Source: Thermoanaerobaculia bacterium
Lineage (GTDB): Bacteria; Acidobacteriota; Thermoanaerobaculia; UBA5066
Length of the DNA: 64,000 nt
Direction of reading: 5' to 3'
Assembly (NCBI GenBank): GCA_038245905.1
Contig: JBBRRY010000005.1
Location: 32,001-96,000, forward strand
The translations under genes were made by a program, and so were the position numbers. The notes under the pieces were generated by a model. It was not told the DNA's origin. It did no database searches and saw only the letters and a list, made by a program, of their open reading frames with translations. The first letter of the stretch is position 1. Each line of letters starts with the position of its first letter. Below, one piece after another: positions 26,808-35,133 of the stretch.

Positions 26808-28554
26808 CCGGCCGCGCCGGCTCCGGAGCCGCGCGCATCGTGACCGTCAGCGGCACCGGGCCGTAGAGCGGCGGCGGCGGCCCGCCGAAGAAGCTCACGA
26901 CGGCCGACGCCATGGACTCGGCGAAGGCGTCGCGGAATCCGCGCGTCTTCATGAGAGCGCGGTCCTCCTCGTTGCCGAGATTCGCGAGCTCGACGAGGAC
27001 GCGATTCGGAACCCGGTTGTACCGGAGAACGGCCGGCACCCACTCGCGGCCTCCCCGGATGACGTGCGTACGCACCGGCGAGAACGGATGGACGGGGAGG
27101 CCGGCCTCGCGCAGCGCGGAGACGATGCTGTTCGCGAGGGCCGTGGACGCGCCTTCCGACGCGACGCGCTCCTTGCGGTTGAAGGAGACGACAGGCTGCT
27201 CCTTCACCTCCCGATACCCCGCGTACGCCGGACCCGTCTTGCTGTATCGGTCGCGGAGGTAGCGCTCACCCGGCACGTACACCATCGCGCCGCGCACGGA
27301 CGGGTGCAACGAGTCGGCATGCAGCGAGACGAACACGGTCCTCTCCGGCGGCACCTTCGAGCCGTCCGGCCCCGGCCGCCGGATCAGGCTGTTCGCGAGG
27401 TACCACCGGAGGTTGACGCCAACCGTCGGATCCTGCAGCGAATATGCCGGCTCCGTGAGGAGAACCTGGTTCCGGGCGCTGCGAAGCGCGTCGCGCTCAG
27501 GCACCCTCCACCCGAGGGCCGTGTCCCGCGTCGTCATGAGGACGTCGGCGCGCGTCCTCTCGGAGAGGATCTTCCGTAGCCGGCAGGCGACGTCGTAGAC
27601 ATACGTCGACTCCCACACGCCGCCGTGAAGCGTGCCCGTGTCGCGGCCGCCGTGGCCCGCGTCGAGGATCACGCGTACGCCCGCGAGCCCCCGGGCGATC
27701 TCGGGCCGCGCGAACTGGACCGTCTCGGCCTTCTCCCGCGCGCGCTCCAAAGAGCGTGGGTCGTCTTTCGGCAGAAACTCCTCCGACAAGTATTCGAGGG
27801 GAACCTTCACGGGAAAGCCCACGGGGATCGCGTGGACGTTCTCGACACCGGAACGCGAGGCGATCGTCATGGCGAGCTCGTTCACGTCGACCGCGTCGAG
27901 ACGGCCCGTGAAGCGCACGACGACCGCCGAATAGAGTGCCTCGCCCTTACGGAGCCTGTAGACAGCGTAGCGGCCCTTCTCGTCCTGATCGAAGACGAGG
28001 TTCGGGGGCTCGGTGTCGGGGATGGGCTCGGCGCCCTGGAACGGGCTCGTGAGCAGCTCCGCGGGAATCCGAACCGTTGCGCCGGGAGGGACGACGTCAC
28101 CCGTGAGTCCGTTTTCCTTCGCGAGGGCGGGAGCGTTCTCCGGCGCTCCAGTGAACCACTCGGCGATGTCGACGAGGCGTTCTTCCTCGACGGCGATGTG
28201 GAGCCAACCCGCCGTCGCGCGCACGTCGGACGGGAAAAGCGCCTGGATCGCGGCGCGCCGCGATTCGTCCGAAAGCGCCCCGAAAGAAAGCACCGCGCTC
28301 CGGGAGCCGGAGGCAACTCCCGGCAGAGCGAGAACGCGCTGTGCGGTTGCTTCGTCTTTCGACACGCGGCGCGCGAACCCGGCGGGCGTCTCGCCCTCGA
28401 GAGGCCGCGTTTCGACCGTGATGGCGCCATCTACGCGCTGGACGGTGAAGTCGCGGGACACCTCGACGCGACGGGCCGGGGCGGGCGGGGACGAGGCGGC
28501 CGGAAACAGAAGGAAGGCCGAGACCGCGGCGGCGGCCGCGCGGTGACCGCTCAA
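26770..28554 (-). CDS. N-acetylmuramoyl-L-alanine amidase (Amidase_3) with LysM-like N-terminal region
   Basis: LDAGHGGRD, WE, VSLHAD, VLVELANL; signal-like N-terminus; TTGA overlap with gatA. Confidence 0.88.
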   Translation of the reverse strand: MSGHRAAAAAVSAFLLFPAASSPPAPARRVEVSRDFTVQRVDGAITVETRPLEGETPAGFARRVSKDEATAQRVLALPGVASGSRSAVLSFGALSDESRRAAIQALFPSDVRATAGWLHIAVEEERLVDIAEWFTGAPENAPALAKENGLTGDVVPPGATVRIPAELLTSPFQGAEPIPDTEPPNLVFDQDEKGRYAVYRLRKGEALYSAVVVRFTGRLDAVDVNELAMTIASRSGVENVHAIPVGFPVKVPLEYLSEEFLPKDDPRSLERAREKAETVQFARPEIARGLAGVRVILDAGHGGRDTGTLHGGVWESTYVYDVACRLRKILSERTRADVLMTTRDTALGWRVPERDALRSARNQVLLTEPAYSLQDPTVGVNLRWYLANSLIRRPGPDGSKVPPERTVFVSLHADSLHPSVRGAMVYVPGERYLRDRYSKTGPAYAGYREVKEQPVVSFNRKERVASEGASTALANSIVSALREAGLPVHPFSPVRTHVIRGGREWVPAVLRYNRVPNRVLVELANLGNEEDRALMKTRGFRDAFAESMASAVVSFFGGPPPPLYGPVPLTVTMRAAPEPARPVKKAPKKSRKRR

Positions 28555-30038
28555 CTCACAGCGCCCGGGGCGCGACGCAGGAGAACGCCGGACGCGTCCT
28601 CGAGGACCCGCGCGAGCGCGAAAAGCAGCGGCTCCGCGTCGCCCTTCCCGATTAGCTGCATCCCGATGGGGAGTCCGTCGCGGGAAAAGCCGGACGGTAC
28701 CGAGACCGCCGGAAGGCCCGCCAGGCTCGGCGGGACCGTGAACACGTCGGCGAGATACATCGCGAGCGGGTCGTCCGTCTTCACCCCAAGAAGGAAGGCA
28801 GGTTCGGGCGACGTCGGGCACAGGATGGCGTCCACGTGCCGGAAGGCCGCGGCGAAATCGCGCGCGAGAAGCGCACGCACTTTCTGGGCGCGGCCGTAGT
28901 ACGCGTCGTGATACCCCGACGAGAGTGCAAACGTTCCGAGCAGGATGCGCCGTTTGACCTCGGGACCGAAGCCGCCCGACCGTGTCTCCCGGTAGAGCGC
29001 GGCGAGCGACGCCTCGCCCTTCCTCGCGCCGTACCTCACGCCGTCGAAACGCGCGAGATTCGACGAGGCCTCGGCCGTGGCCGTGAGGTAGTAGACCGGG
29101 ACGGCATAAGGCACGCGCGGGACGGACACCGTCGTCACCACGGCCCCCGCGGCCCGCAGCGTCTCCGCCGCCTGCTCGAAGGACGCCTTCACGTCCGCGT
29201 GCAGGCCTCCCTCCGCGGACGTCGCCTCCGCGAGAAGGCCGATCCGCGTTCCGGGGAGACGCGCCCCGAGCCGCGCGGCCACATCCGGCACCGGAGTCGT
29301 GAGAGCCGTCGCGTCCTTCGGGTCGGCCCCCGCCATCACCGAGAAGGCGCGTGCCCCCTCGTCCACGGACCGCGTGAGCGCGCCCGCCTGGTCGAAGGAC
29401 GACGCGAACGCGATGAGGCCGTAGCGCGAGACGCGCCCGTATGTCGGCTTCCATCCCACGAGGCCGCAGAAAGAGGCCGGCTGGCGCACGGAACCGCCCG
29501 TGTCGGTCCCGATCGAGAGCGGCACAGCGCGAGCGGCGACCGCCGCGGCCGAGCCTCCCGAGGAACCGCCCGGTACGCGCGTCGGGTCCCAGGGGTTTCG
29601 TACCGGGCCGTACGCCGAGTTCTCGTTCGAGGAACCCATGCCGAACGCGTCGCAATTCGTCTTGCCGACGACGACGGCGCCCGCGTCCACGAGCCGCTCG
29701 ACGCACGTCGCATGATCGGGCGACACGAATCCGGCGAGGATCTTCGAGCCCGCCGTCGACGGGCGGTCCGCAACGTTGATGTTGTCCTTGACGGCGAGGG
29801 GGACGCCGGCGAGAGACAGCCGCTCGCCCGCACCGACGCGGCGGTCGATCGCTTCGGCCTCGCGGAGGGTCGCCTCCGGGTCCGTCGAAAGGAACGCCCC
29901 GAACGCTTTCTGCGCCTTCTCGACGCGTGCGAGCGACTCCTCGGCGATCGCGCGGGCCGTCACGCGCCCGGAGCCGACGGCGTCCGCGAGAACGATGAAC
30001 GAACCCTCGAGAAGGGCGGCCGGGGAAAGCTCGGTCAC
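28551..30038 (-). CDS. gatA: Asp/Glu-tRNA amidotransferase subunit A
   Basis: KDNI, GGSSGGS, GTDTGGSVRQPA, EASSNLARFDGVRYG, EVKRRILLGTFALSSGY. Confidence 0.97.
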   Translation of the reverse strand: MTELSPAALLEGSFIVLADAVGSGRVTARAIAEESLARVEKAQKAFGAFLSTDPEATLREAEAIDRRVGAGERLSLAGVPLAVKDNINVADRPSTAGSKILAGFVSPDHATCVERLVDAGAVVVGKTNCDAFGMGSSNENSAYGPVRNPWDPTRVPGGSSGGSAAAVAARAVPLSIGTDTGGSVRQPASFCGLVGWKPTYGRVSRYGLIAFASSFDQAGALTRSVDEGARAFSVMAGADPKDATALTTPVPDVAARLGARLPGTRIGLLAEATSAEGGLHADVKASFEQAAETLRAAGAVVTTVSVPRVPYAVPVYYLTATAEASSNLARFDGVRYGARKGEASLAALYRETRSGGFGPEVKRRILLGTFALSSGYHDAYYGRAQKVRALLARDFAAAFRHVDAILCPTSPEPAFLLGVKTDDPLAMYLADVFTVPPSLAGLPAVSVPSGFSRDGLPIGMQLIGKGDAEPLLFALARVLEDASGVLLRRAPGAVS

Positions 30039-30042
30039 CCCG

Positions 30043-30330
30043 TCAATCCCTCGTGACGACGCGCGGAACCACGAAGTGCCCGTGCGCGAACGCCGGTGCG
30101 TTCGCCTCGACGACACGGACGGGAAGGCACACGTCCACGGCGTCCGCGCGGAGGGGCATCGCGCGGGGCGCCTCGTCTCCCACGAGAAGCTCGTCCGGAA
30201 TTTCCCGGAGCGCCTCGAAATGCTCGACAATTCTCGTGAGCTGCTCGGCCATCGCGCTCCGCTCGGCGTCCGTCAGGTCGAGGGACGCGAGAGCGGCCAC
30301 CTTCGAGACGAGCACGGCGTCGATCTTCAC
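30043..30330 (-). CDS. gatC: Asp/Glu-tRNA amidotransferase subunit C
   Basis: KVAALASLDL, PLRAD, NAP..GHFVVPRVV; directly upstream of gatA. Confidence 0.9.
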   Translation of the reverse strand: MKIDAVLVSKVAALASLDLTDAERSAMAEQLTRIVEHFEALREIPDELLVGDEAPRAMPLRADAVDVCLPVRVVEANAPAFAHGHFVVPRVVTRD

Positions 30331-30400
30331 GGAGAAAGTATAGCGAGCCGCTTGACGCCCGCTGGGCTCGCCCGTACCGTCTCTTGCGAGGAGTGCCAAC

Positions 30401-32401
30401 GTGAGACCCTTCCTCCTCTTTCGCCCCGGCGGCGAGGTGCCGGAGGCCATTCGGATTCCGCTCGAGAAGGCGGGCACCGAGATTCTCGTGGCGCGTTCGC
30501 TCGAGGAAGCCGGGGCTCTCCTGCACGCTTCGATGCCGGACGTCCTCCTCATCGTGCCCCCGGGCACGGCGGCGGACGCGGCGAAGCTCCTGGCCCTCCT
30601 CCCCCAGGCGATCGCGCCCCCCTCGATTTTCGTCCTCACCGACGATGGAACTCCGAGCCGTCCGCTCGCGCTCGAGACGATCTCCCGCAACCCGTGGAAC
30701 CGGGCCACGGCGGCGCTCGGGGACGGCTCGGACGACCCGGCCCCTGCGATCTTCCTCTCCCGGGTTCAGCTCACCTCTCTTCTGGAGCTGTGGGAGCAGC
30801 TCGCAGCCGAGGGACGCGACTTCGTAGAACACGCGCTCCGCGCGCTCTCCCTCTCCCTGGACGCGTCGCGCGTCAGCCTCTTCCGCTGGAAGGCGGGCTC
30901 GGCGGTCGCCACTCTTGTGGGCTCGAGCCTCGGGCCAGGGGTCGTCGGGCGCGAGGTCGAGATCGTGCGCTATCCCGAGCTGCGTGCGGCCGCGTCCCGG
31001 TCAGGCCCCGTCCTCGTTGAGGAAATCGACCGCGATCCCCTGATGGGCGAGGCCAAGGGTTTCCTCGAGGGCGCTCCGATCCGGTCCCTGCTCTGTCGCC
31101 AGCTCCCCGGCGAAGGCAGCGACATTTACCTCCACGCGGTCCGCGGGCGTGTGCCGTTCGGCCTCGTGGACGTCGCCCTTCTCGGAGCCGCCGCCCGACT
31201 GCTTCGGGCCGCACACGATCAGGGCCGCCCGAGCGAGCCTCTCGAAAAGAACCCCGACCGCAAGCGTTTGCGCACCGTACATCGCATCCTCAGCGGGATC
31301 CCGGACGCGACCGCGATGGTGGGTCCGACGGGCGAGATCCTGATCGTGAATCCGCCCTTCTGCGCGCTGGTTGGCCGGCTCGAGTCCGAGCTGATCGGGC
31401 TCGACTATCACGCGCTGCTCCGCCCGACCGTACCCGAGGACACGCTCGACGAGCCGCCGCTTTCAGACGGGTCGCCCCTTGCGCGAGAGAGGCTGCGCCT
31501 TCTCACCGGCTCCGGCCGGACGATCCCCGTCGAGGTCATTTCGATGCCGACGCCGGACGAAACGGCGGGACAGGCCGGCTGGTCGACACTCACGCTTCGC
31601 GACCGCCGTATGGAAAACTCGCGCGCGGCCCGCGCGAAAGAGCTCGGCAAGGAGCTTGCCGAGACCTCGTACCAGCTCGACACGCTCGAGACGAGCGTGC
31701 GGGAGGCGGAGGTCATGCGCGCGCGCTTCTGGACGGCGGCGGCCCACGAGCTCCGAACTCCTCTCGCGATCGTCCAGAGCTACCTCGAAGTCGTCCTCAC
31801 CGACCTTGCCGCCGAGGTCCCCGAGCGGCCGACTCAGCTCCTGAAGACGGCCGCGGACGGGCTCTCGCGTCTCGAGCGGCTCATCGCCGACGTGCTGGAC
31901 GCGGCCGTCACGGGCCGGGCGCGGGCCACGCTCCGCCTCGCAGACGTCGACCTGGCCGAGGTCGTCCGCGGCCTTTCGGGGGCTCTCTCGGCAGCGGCGT
32001 TCAAACGCGGACTCCGGCTTCAGGTGGACGTGCCAAAGGGACTGCCCCGCGTCAGCGGGGACCGCGACAAGATCGAGCGACTCCTCACGAATCTCGTCGA
32101 CCACTCCCTGAGAACGACGCCCCGTTCGGACGAACCTCTCCTGCTCGTCGCGTCGCGGGAGGGAGACCGCACCCTGATCCGAATCGTGGACAAGGGACCG
32201 ACGATTTCCTCCGAACGGACAGCCCACCTCTTCGACGACGTCGGGTCGGCGCGCAGCGGGGGCGAATTCGGACTCTCCGTCGCGCGGCGCCTCGCGGACG
32301 CGATGAGGGTCGAACTTACCGCGTATCCCGACCGGGACGGCTCGAACGTGAAGTGCGTCGCGTGGCCGGCCGCGTCCGAAAAGGGCCGGGCTTCCCGCTG
32401 A
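30401..32401 (+). CDS. Cytoplasmic histidine-kinase-like protein (degenerate REC, GAF, PAS, HisKA, degenerate HATPase)
   Basis: H-box AHELRTPL; PAS GEILIVNP; SD GAGGAG; promoter TTGACG-N17-TACCGT. Confidence 0.85.
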   Translation: MRPFLLFRPGGEVPEAIRIPLEKAGTEILVARSLEEAGALLHASMPDVLLIVPPGTAADAAKLLALLPQAIAPPSIFVLTDDGTPSRPLALETISRNPWNRATAALGDGSDDPAPAIFLSRVQLTSLLELWEQLAAEGRDFVEHALRALSLSLDASRVSLFRWKAGSAVATLVGSSLGPGVVGREVEIVRYPELRAAASRSGPVLVEEIDRDPLMGEAKGFLEGAPIRSLLCRQLPGEGSDIYLHAVRGRVPFGLVDVALLGAAARLLRAAHDQGRPSEPLEKNPDRKRLRTVHRILSGIPDATAMVGPTGEILIVNPPFCALVGRLESELIGLDYHALLRPTVPEDTLDEPPLSDGSPLARERLRLLTGSGRTIPVEVISMPTPDETAGQAGWSTLTLRDRRMENSRAARAKELGKELAETSYQLDTLETSVREAEVMRARFWTAAAHELRTPLAIVQSYLEVVLTDLAAEVPERPTQLLKTAADGLSRLERLIADVLDAAVTGRARATLRLADVDLAEVVRGLSGALSAAAFKRGLRLQVDVPKGLPRVSGDRDKIERLLTNLVDHSLRTTPRSDEPLLLVASREGDRTLIRIVDKGPTISSERTAHLFDDVGSARSGGEFGLSVARRLADAMRVELTAYPDRDGSNVKCVAWPAASEKGRASR

Positions 32402-32439
32402 ATACGGAGACCGGCACCCGGCGCGCTTTCGGCATCCTG

Positions 32440-33645
32440 ATGCGTCGTCCCGATGCGCGTGCGGCCGCTTCCGTCGTGCAGCCCGCCGATCAGGCTCGAA
32501 TCGTGGGAGGCGCGGTCCGCGACGCATTTCTCGGCGGGAAGGGCGGCGACCTCGACCTCGTGGCGCCACCCGGCCGGGCCGAACCGCTCGCATGGGCGCT
32601 CGCGAGGCATGCCGGCACTCGCGTCATCGCAGTCGGCGCGGCGCCGAGGCGCGTCCTCAAGGTGCCTTTTCACTCACATGAAATCGACGTCTGGGAGGAG
32701 ACGGGGGATCCTCTCCAGGACCTCCTTCGGCGCGACTTCACCGTGAATGCGCTCTCTTTCTCTCTTCCGGACGGGTTGTTCGCGAGCGCGCCGGGCGCGC
32801 TCGCGGATCTGAGAGCAAAGCGGCTCGCTCCACCTCGCCCGGGCGTCTTCCTCGAGGATCCGCTCCGGGTCCTCCGGGCGGCGCGGTTTCTCGCGGAGTG
32901 GCCGGGATTTCACGTCGCGAGACGAGCAGCGCCGGAACTGAAGAAGGCGGCAAGCCTTCTTCGAATGGTTGCTGCGGAGAGGCGTCTCGTCGAGCTGGAC
33001 AAGCTGCTCGGCGCGCCCCCGGCCGCCAGGATGCGCGGATTGCGATTTCTCGCGCGAATCGGCGCCCTGAATTCCCTTCTAAGCGCGGCGCCGCGCCAGC
33101 GGCGCCGCGGTCTCTCTCTCGTCTCCCGTCTCTCCTCGCCCGACTCGAGGGTCGCCCGTGCCCTTCTCCTGCTGCCTCTCGGCAAGGCCAGAGCCGAAGA
33201 GGTTCTTAGAAGGTGGAAGACCAGCCGGGAGGAGCAGCGGTTGGCGAGCCGGCTCTTCTCGCTTCCTCTTCGCCTCACGGGCCGCCGAAACGGCCCGCCC
33301 ACTCGCCGTGACGTCGCGGAATTTCTCCGCGTCTCTTACCCATTCGAAGAAGAATCCGTCACGTTCCTGCGCGCCGCCGGCGACTCGCGTGCCCGGGCGC
33401 TCGCGGAAGCCGCAGAAAGGACGCGGAGCCGTCCGGCCGCGCTCCGCGGGATCCTCAAGCCGACCCGCCCTCTTCCATTCGCAGAAGTCTCATCACGTCT
33501 CCGCCTCCCGGAGGGGCCGGCCCTCGGAGCCGCTCTCGAGGCCTTCGATCTCGCTCTCGCCTCGGGCGATATTCGCGGCCCCCGCGCAGCGCGCGCCTGG
33601 CTCGACGCGCGGCAGGCGCTTGGAAACCCGCCTTCCGGCTGCTAA
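32440..33645 (+). CDS. Class II tRNA nucleotidyltransferase, probably CC-adding
   Basis: VGGAVRD..DLD, RRDFTVNAL, EDPLRVLRAARF; start uncertain. Confidence 0.8.
   Translation: MRRPDARAAASVVQPADQARIVGGAVRDAFLGGKGGDLDLVAPPGRAEPLAWALARHAGTRVIAVGAAPRRVLKVPFHSHEIDVWEETGDPLQDLLRRDFTVNALSFSLPDGLFASAPGALADLRAKRLAPPRPGVFLEDPLRVLRAARFLAEWPGFHVARRAAPELKKAASLLRMVAAERRLVELDKLLGAPPAARMRGLRFLARIGALNSLLSAAPRQRRRGLSLVSRLSSPDSRVARALLLLPLGKARAEEVLRRWKTSREEQRLASRLFSLPLRLTGRRNGPPTRRDVAEFLRVSYPFEEESVTFLRAAGDSRARALAEAAERTRSRPAALRGILKPTRPLPFAEVSSRLRLPEGPALGAALEAFDLALASGDIRGPRAARAWLDARQALGNPPSGC
33200..33213 (-). repeat. Dispersed motif variant (CCTTCTAAGAACCT)
   Basis: Minus strand tcttccaCCTTCTAAGAACCTcttc; plus-strand variants at 33341-33356 and 33476-33489. 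Confidence 0.6.
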
Positions 33646-33678
33646 CCTAAAGCGTCCTTTCAGCGGACACCAAACACC

Positions 33679-35133
33679 ATGGATCTGACCGAGCTTCTGA
33701 AATTCGTCACGAAGAAGGAGGCGTCGGACCTCCATCTGAAGCCCGGCCGCCCGCCCCTTCTCCGCGTGAACGGCCGCCTCGTCCCCCTGAAGACCGATCC
33801 GCTCTCGCCGAAGGAAATCGAGGACATGGTCCTCCCGATCCTGACGCCGTACCAGCGGGACAAGCTCCAGCAGAACTACGCCGTCGACATCGGATACGGC
33901 ATCACCGGCGTCGCACGCTTCCGCGGCAACATCTACCTGCAGCGCGGCACGTGGACCGCGGTCTTCCGCCGCATTCCCTATCAGATTCCGCAGGTCTCTG
34001 CCTTGAACCTGCCCGAAGTTATCGAGACGTTCGCCGACCTGCCTGCGGGCCTCGTCCTCGTGACGGGCCCGACCGGATCCGGCAAGTCGACGACGCTCGC
34101 GGCGATGGTCAAACTCATCACCGAGCGCCATCCCGTCCACATCGTCACGATCGAGGACCCGATCGAATATCTGTTCCAGGACAACATGGCTTCCGTCTCG
34201 CAGCGCGAGATGGGGACCGACACGGTCTCCTTTCCCGAGGCGCTGCGCAACGTCATGCGTCAGGATCCGGACGTCATCATGGTCGGCGAGATGCGCGACT
34301 GGGAGACGATGTCGACCGCCATCACGGCCGCCGAGACTGGCCACCTCGTGTTTTCGACGCTGCACACGAACAGCGCGGCGCAGACGATCGACCGCATCAT
34401 GGACTCCTGTCCTCCGGCGCAGCAGAACCAGGTGCGCCGCCAGCTCGCGCTCGTCCTCAAGGCGATCATCTCCATGCAGCTCATCGACCGCGTGGACGGC
34501 AAGGGCCTCGTGCCCGTGGTCGAGATCCTGATCAATTCGCCGAAGATCGCGAAGCAGATCGAGACTGGCGAAACGAAGGAGATCAACGAAGAGATCGAGA
34601 GTTCGGTCGCCTATTTCAGGATGCAGTCGATGAACCAGTCGCTGATCGCGCTTCTCGTGAACGGCGCCATCGACGTGAACGCCGCGATGAAGCTCTCGGC
34701 GGACCCCGAAGACCTCTCCCTCAAGCTCCGGAAGCTCTTCCCGAAGATCGAAGAGCGTGGCCGAGGAGGAATCATGTCCCCATCCGCGAACGACTTCTCC
34801 GCGATCACCGAGCTCATGGACGTGAAGCGCCTCTACGAGGAGCAAGAAGACAAGTGGCGGCAACGCCTCGTCGAGAAGGACGAGCTCATCTCGTCGTTGG
34901 AGGCCGATCTCTCGGAGAGGGACCGGATGATCCAGGCCAAGGCCCAGCAGGGAGCCGAGTCCGAGAGCGAGATCCAGAAGGTTCGCACGGACGCCGAGCG
35001 GCAGCGCCAGGAGATGGCCACGAAGGTCGCGCAGCTCAACGACCGCATCCGCGACCTGAACCAGAAGCTCCTCGGCACCGGCGGCTCCCAGGCCACGCCC
35101 GCCTCGACGCCTCAGGGTTTCTTCAAGCGCTGA
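33679..35133 (+). CDS. pilT: PilT/PilU-family pilus retraction ATPase with C-terminal coiled-coil extension
   Basis: ASDLHL, GPTGSGKSTTL, TIEDPIE, RQDPDVIMVGEMRD, AETGHLVFSTLH. Confidence 0.92.
   Translation: MDLTELLKFVTKKEASDLHLKPGRPPLLRVNGRLVPLKTDPLSPKEIEDMVLPILTPYQRDKLQQNYAVDIGYGITGVARFRGNIYLQRGTWTAVFRRIPYQIPQVSALNLPEVIETFADLPAGLVLVTGPTGSGKSTTLAAMVKLITERHPVHIVTIEDPIEYLFQDNMASVSQREMGTDTVSFPEALRNVMRQDPDVIMVGEMRDWETMSTAITAAETGHLVFSTLHTNSAAQTIDRIMDSCPPAQQNQVRRQLALVLKAIISMQLIDRVDGKGLVPVVEILINSPKIAKQIETGETKEINEEIESSVAYFRMQSMNQSLIALLVNGAIDVNAAMKLSADPEDLSLKLRKLFPKIEERGRGGIMSPSANDFSAITELMDVKRLYEEQEDKWRQRLVEKDELISSLEADLSERDRMIQAKAQQGAESESEIQKVRTDAERQRQEMATKVAQLNDRIRDLNQKLLGTGGSQATPASTPQGFFKR

Noticed and set aside
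26770-29706. 978-aa ORF and other long overlapping or antisense ORFs (39779-41773, 56044-58449, 48493-50199)
   Set aside because: Shadow frames typical of high-GC DNA; they overlap well-supported genes
28551-30330. gatB missing next to gatCA
   Set aside because: Split gatCA and gatB arrangements are common
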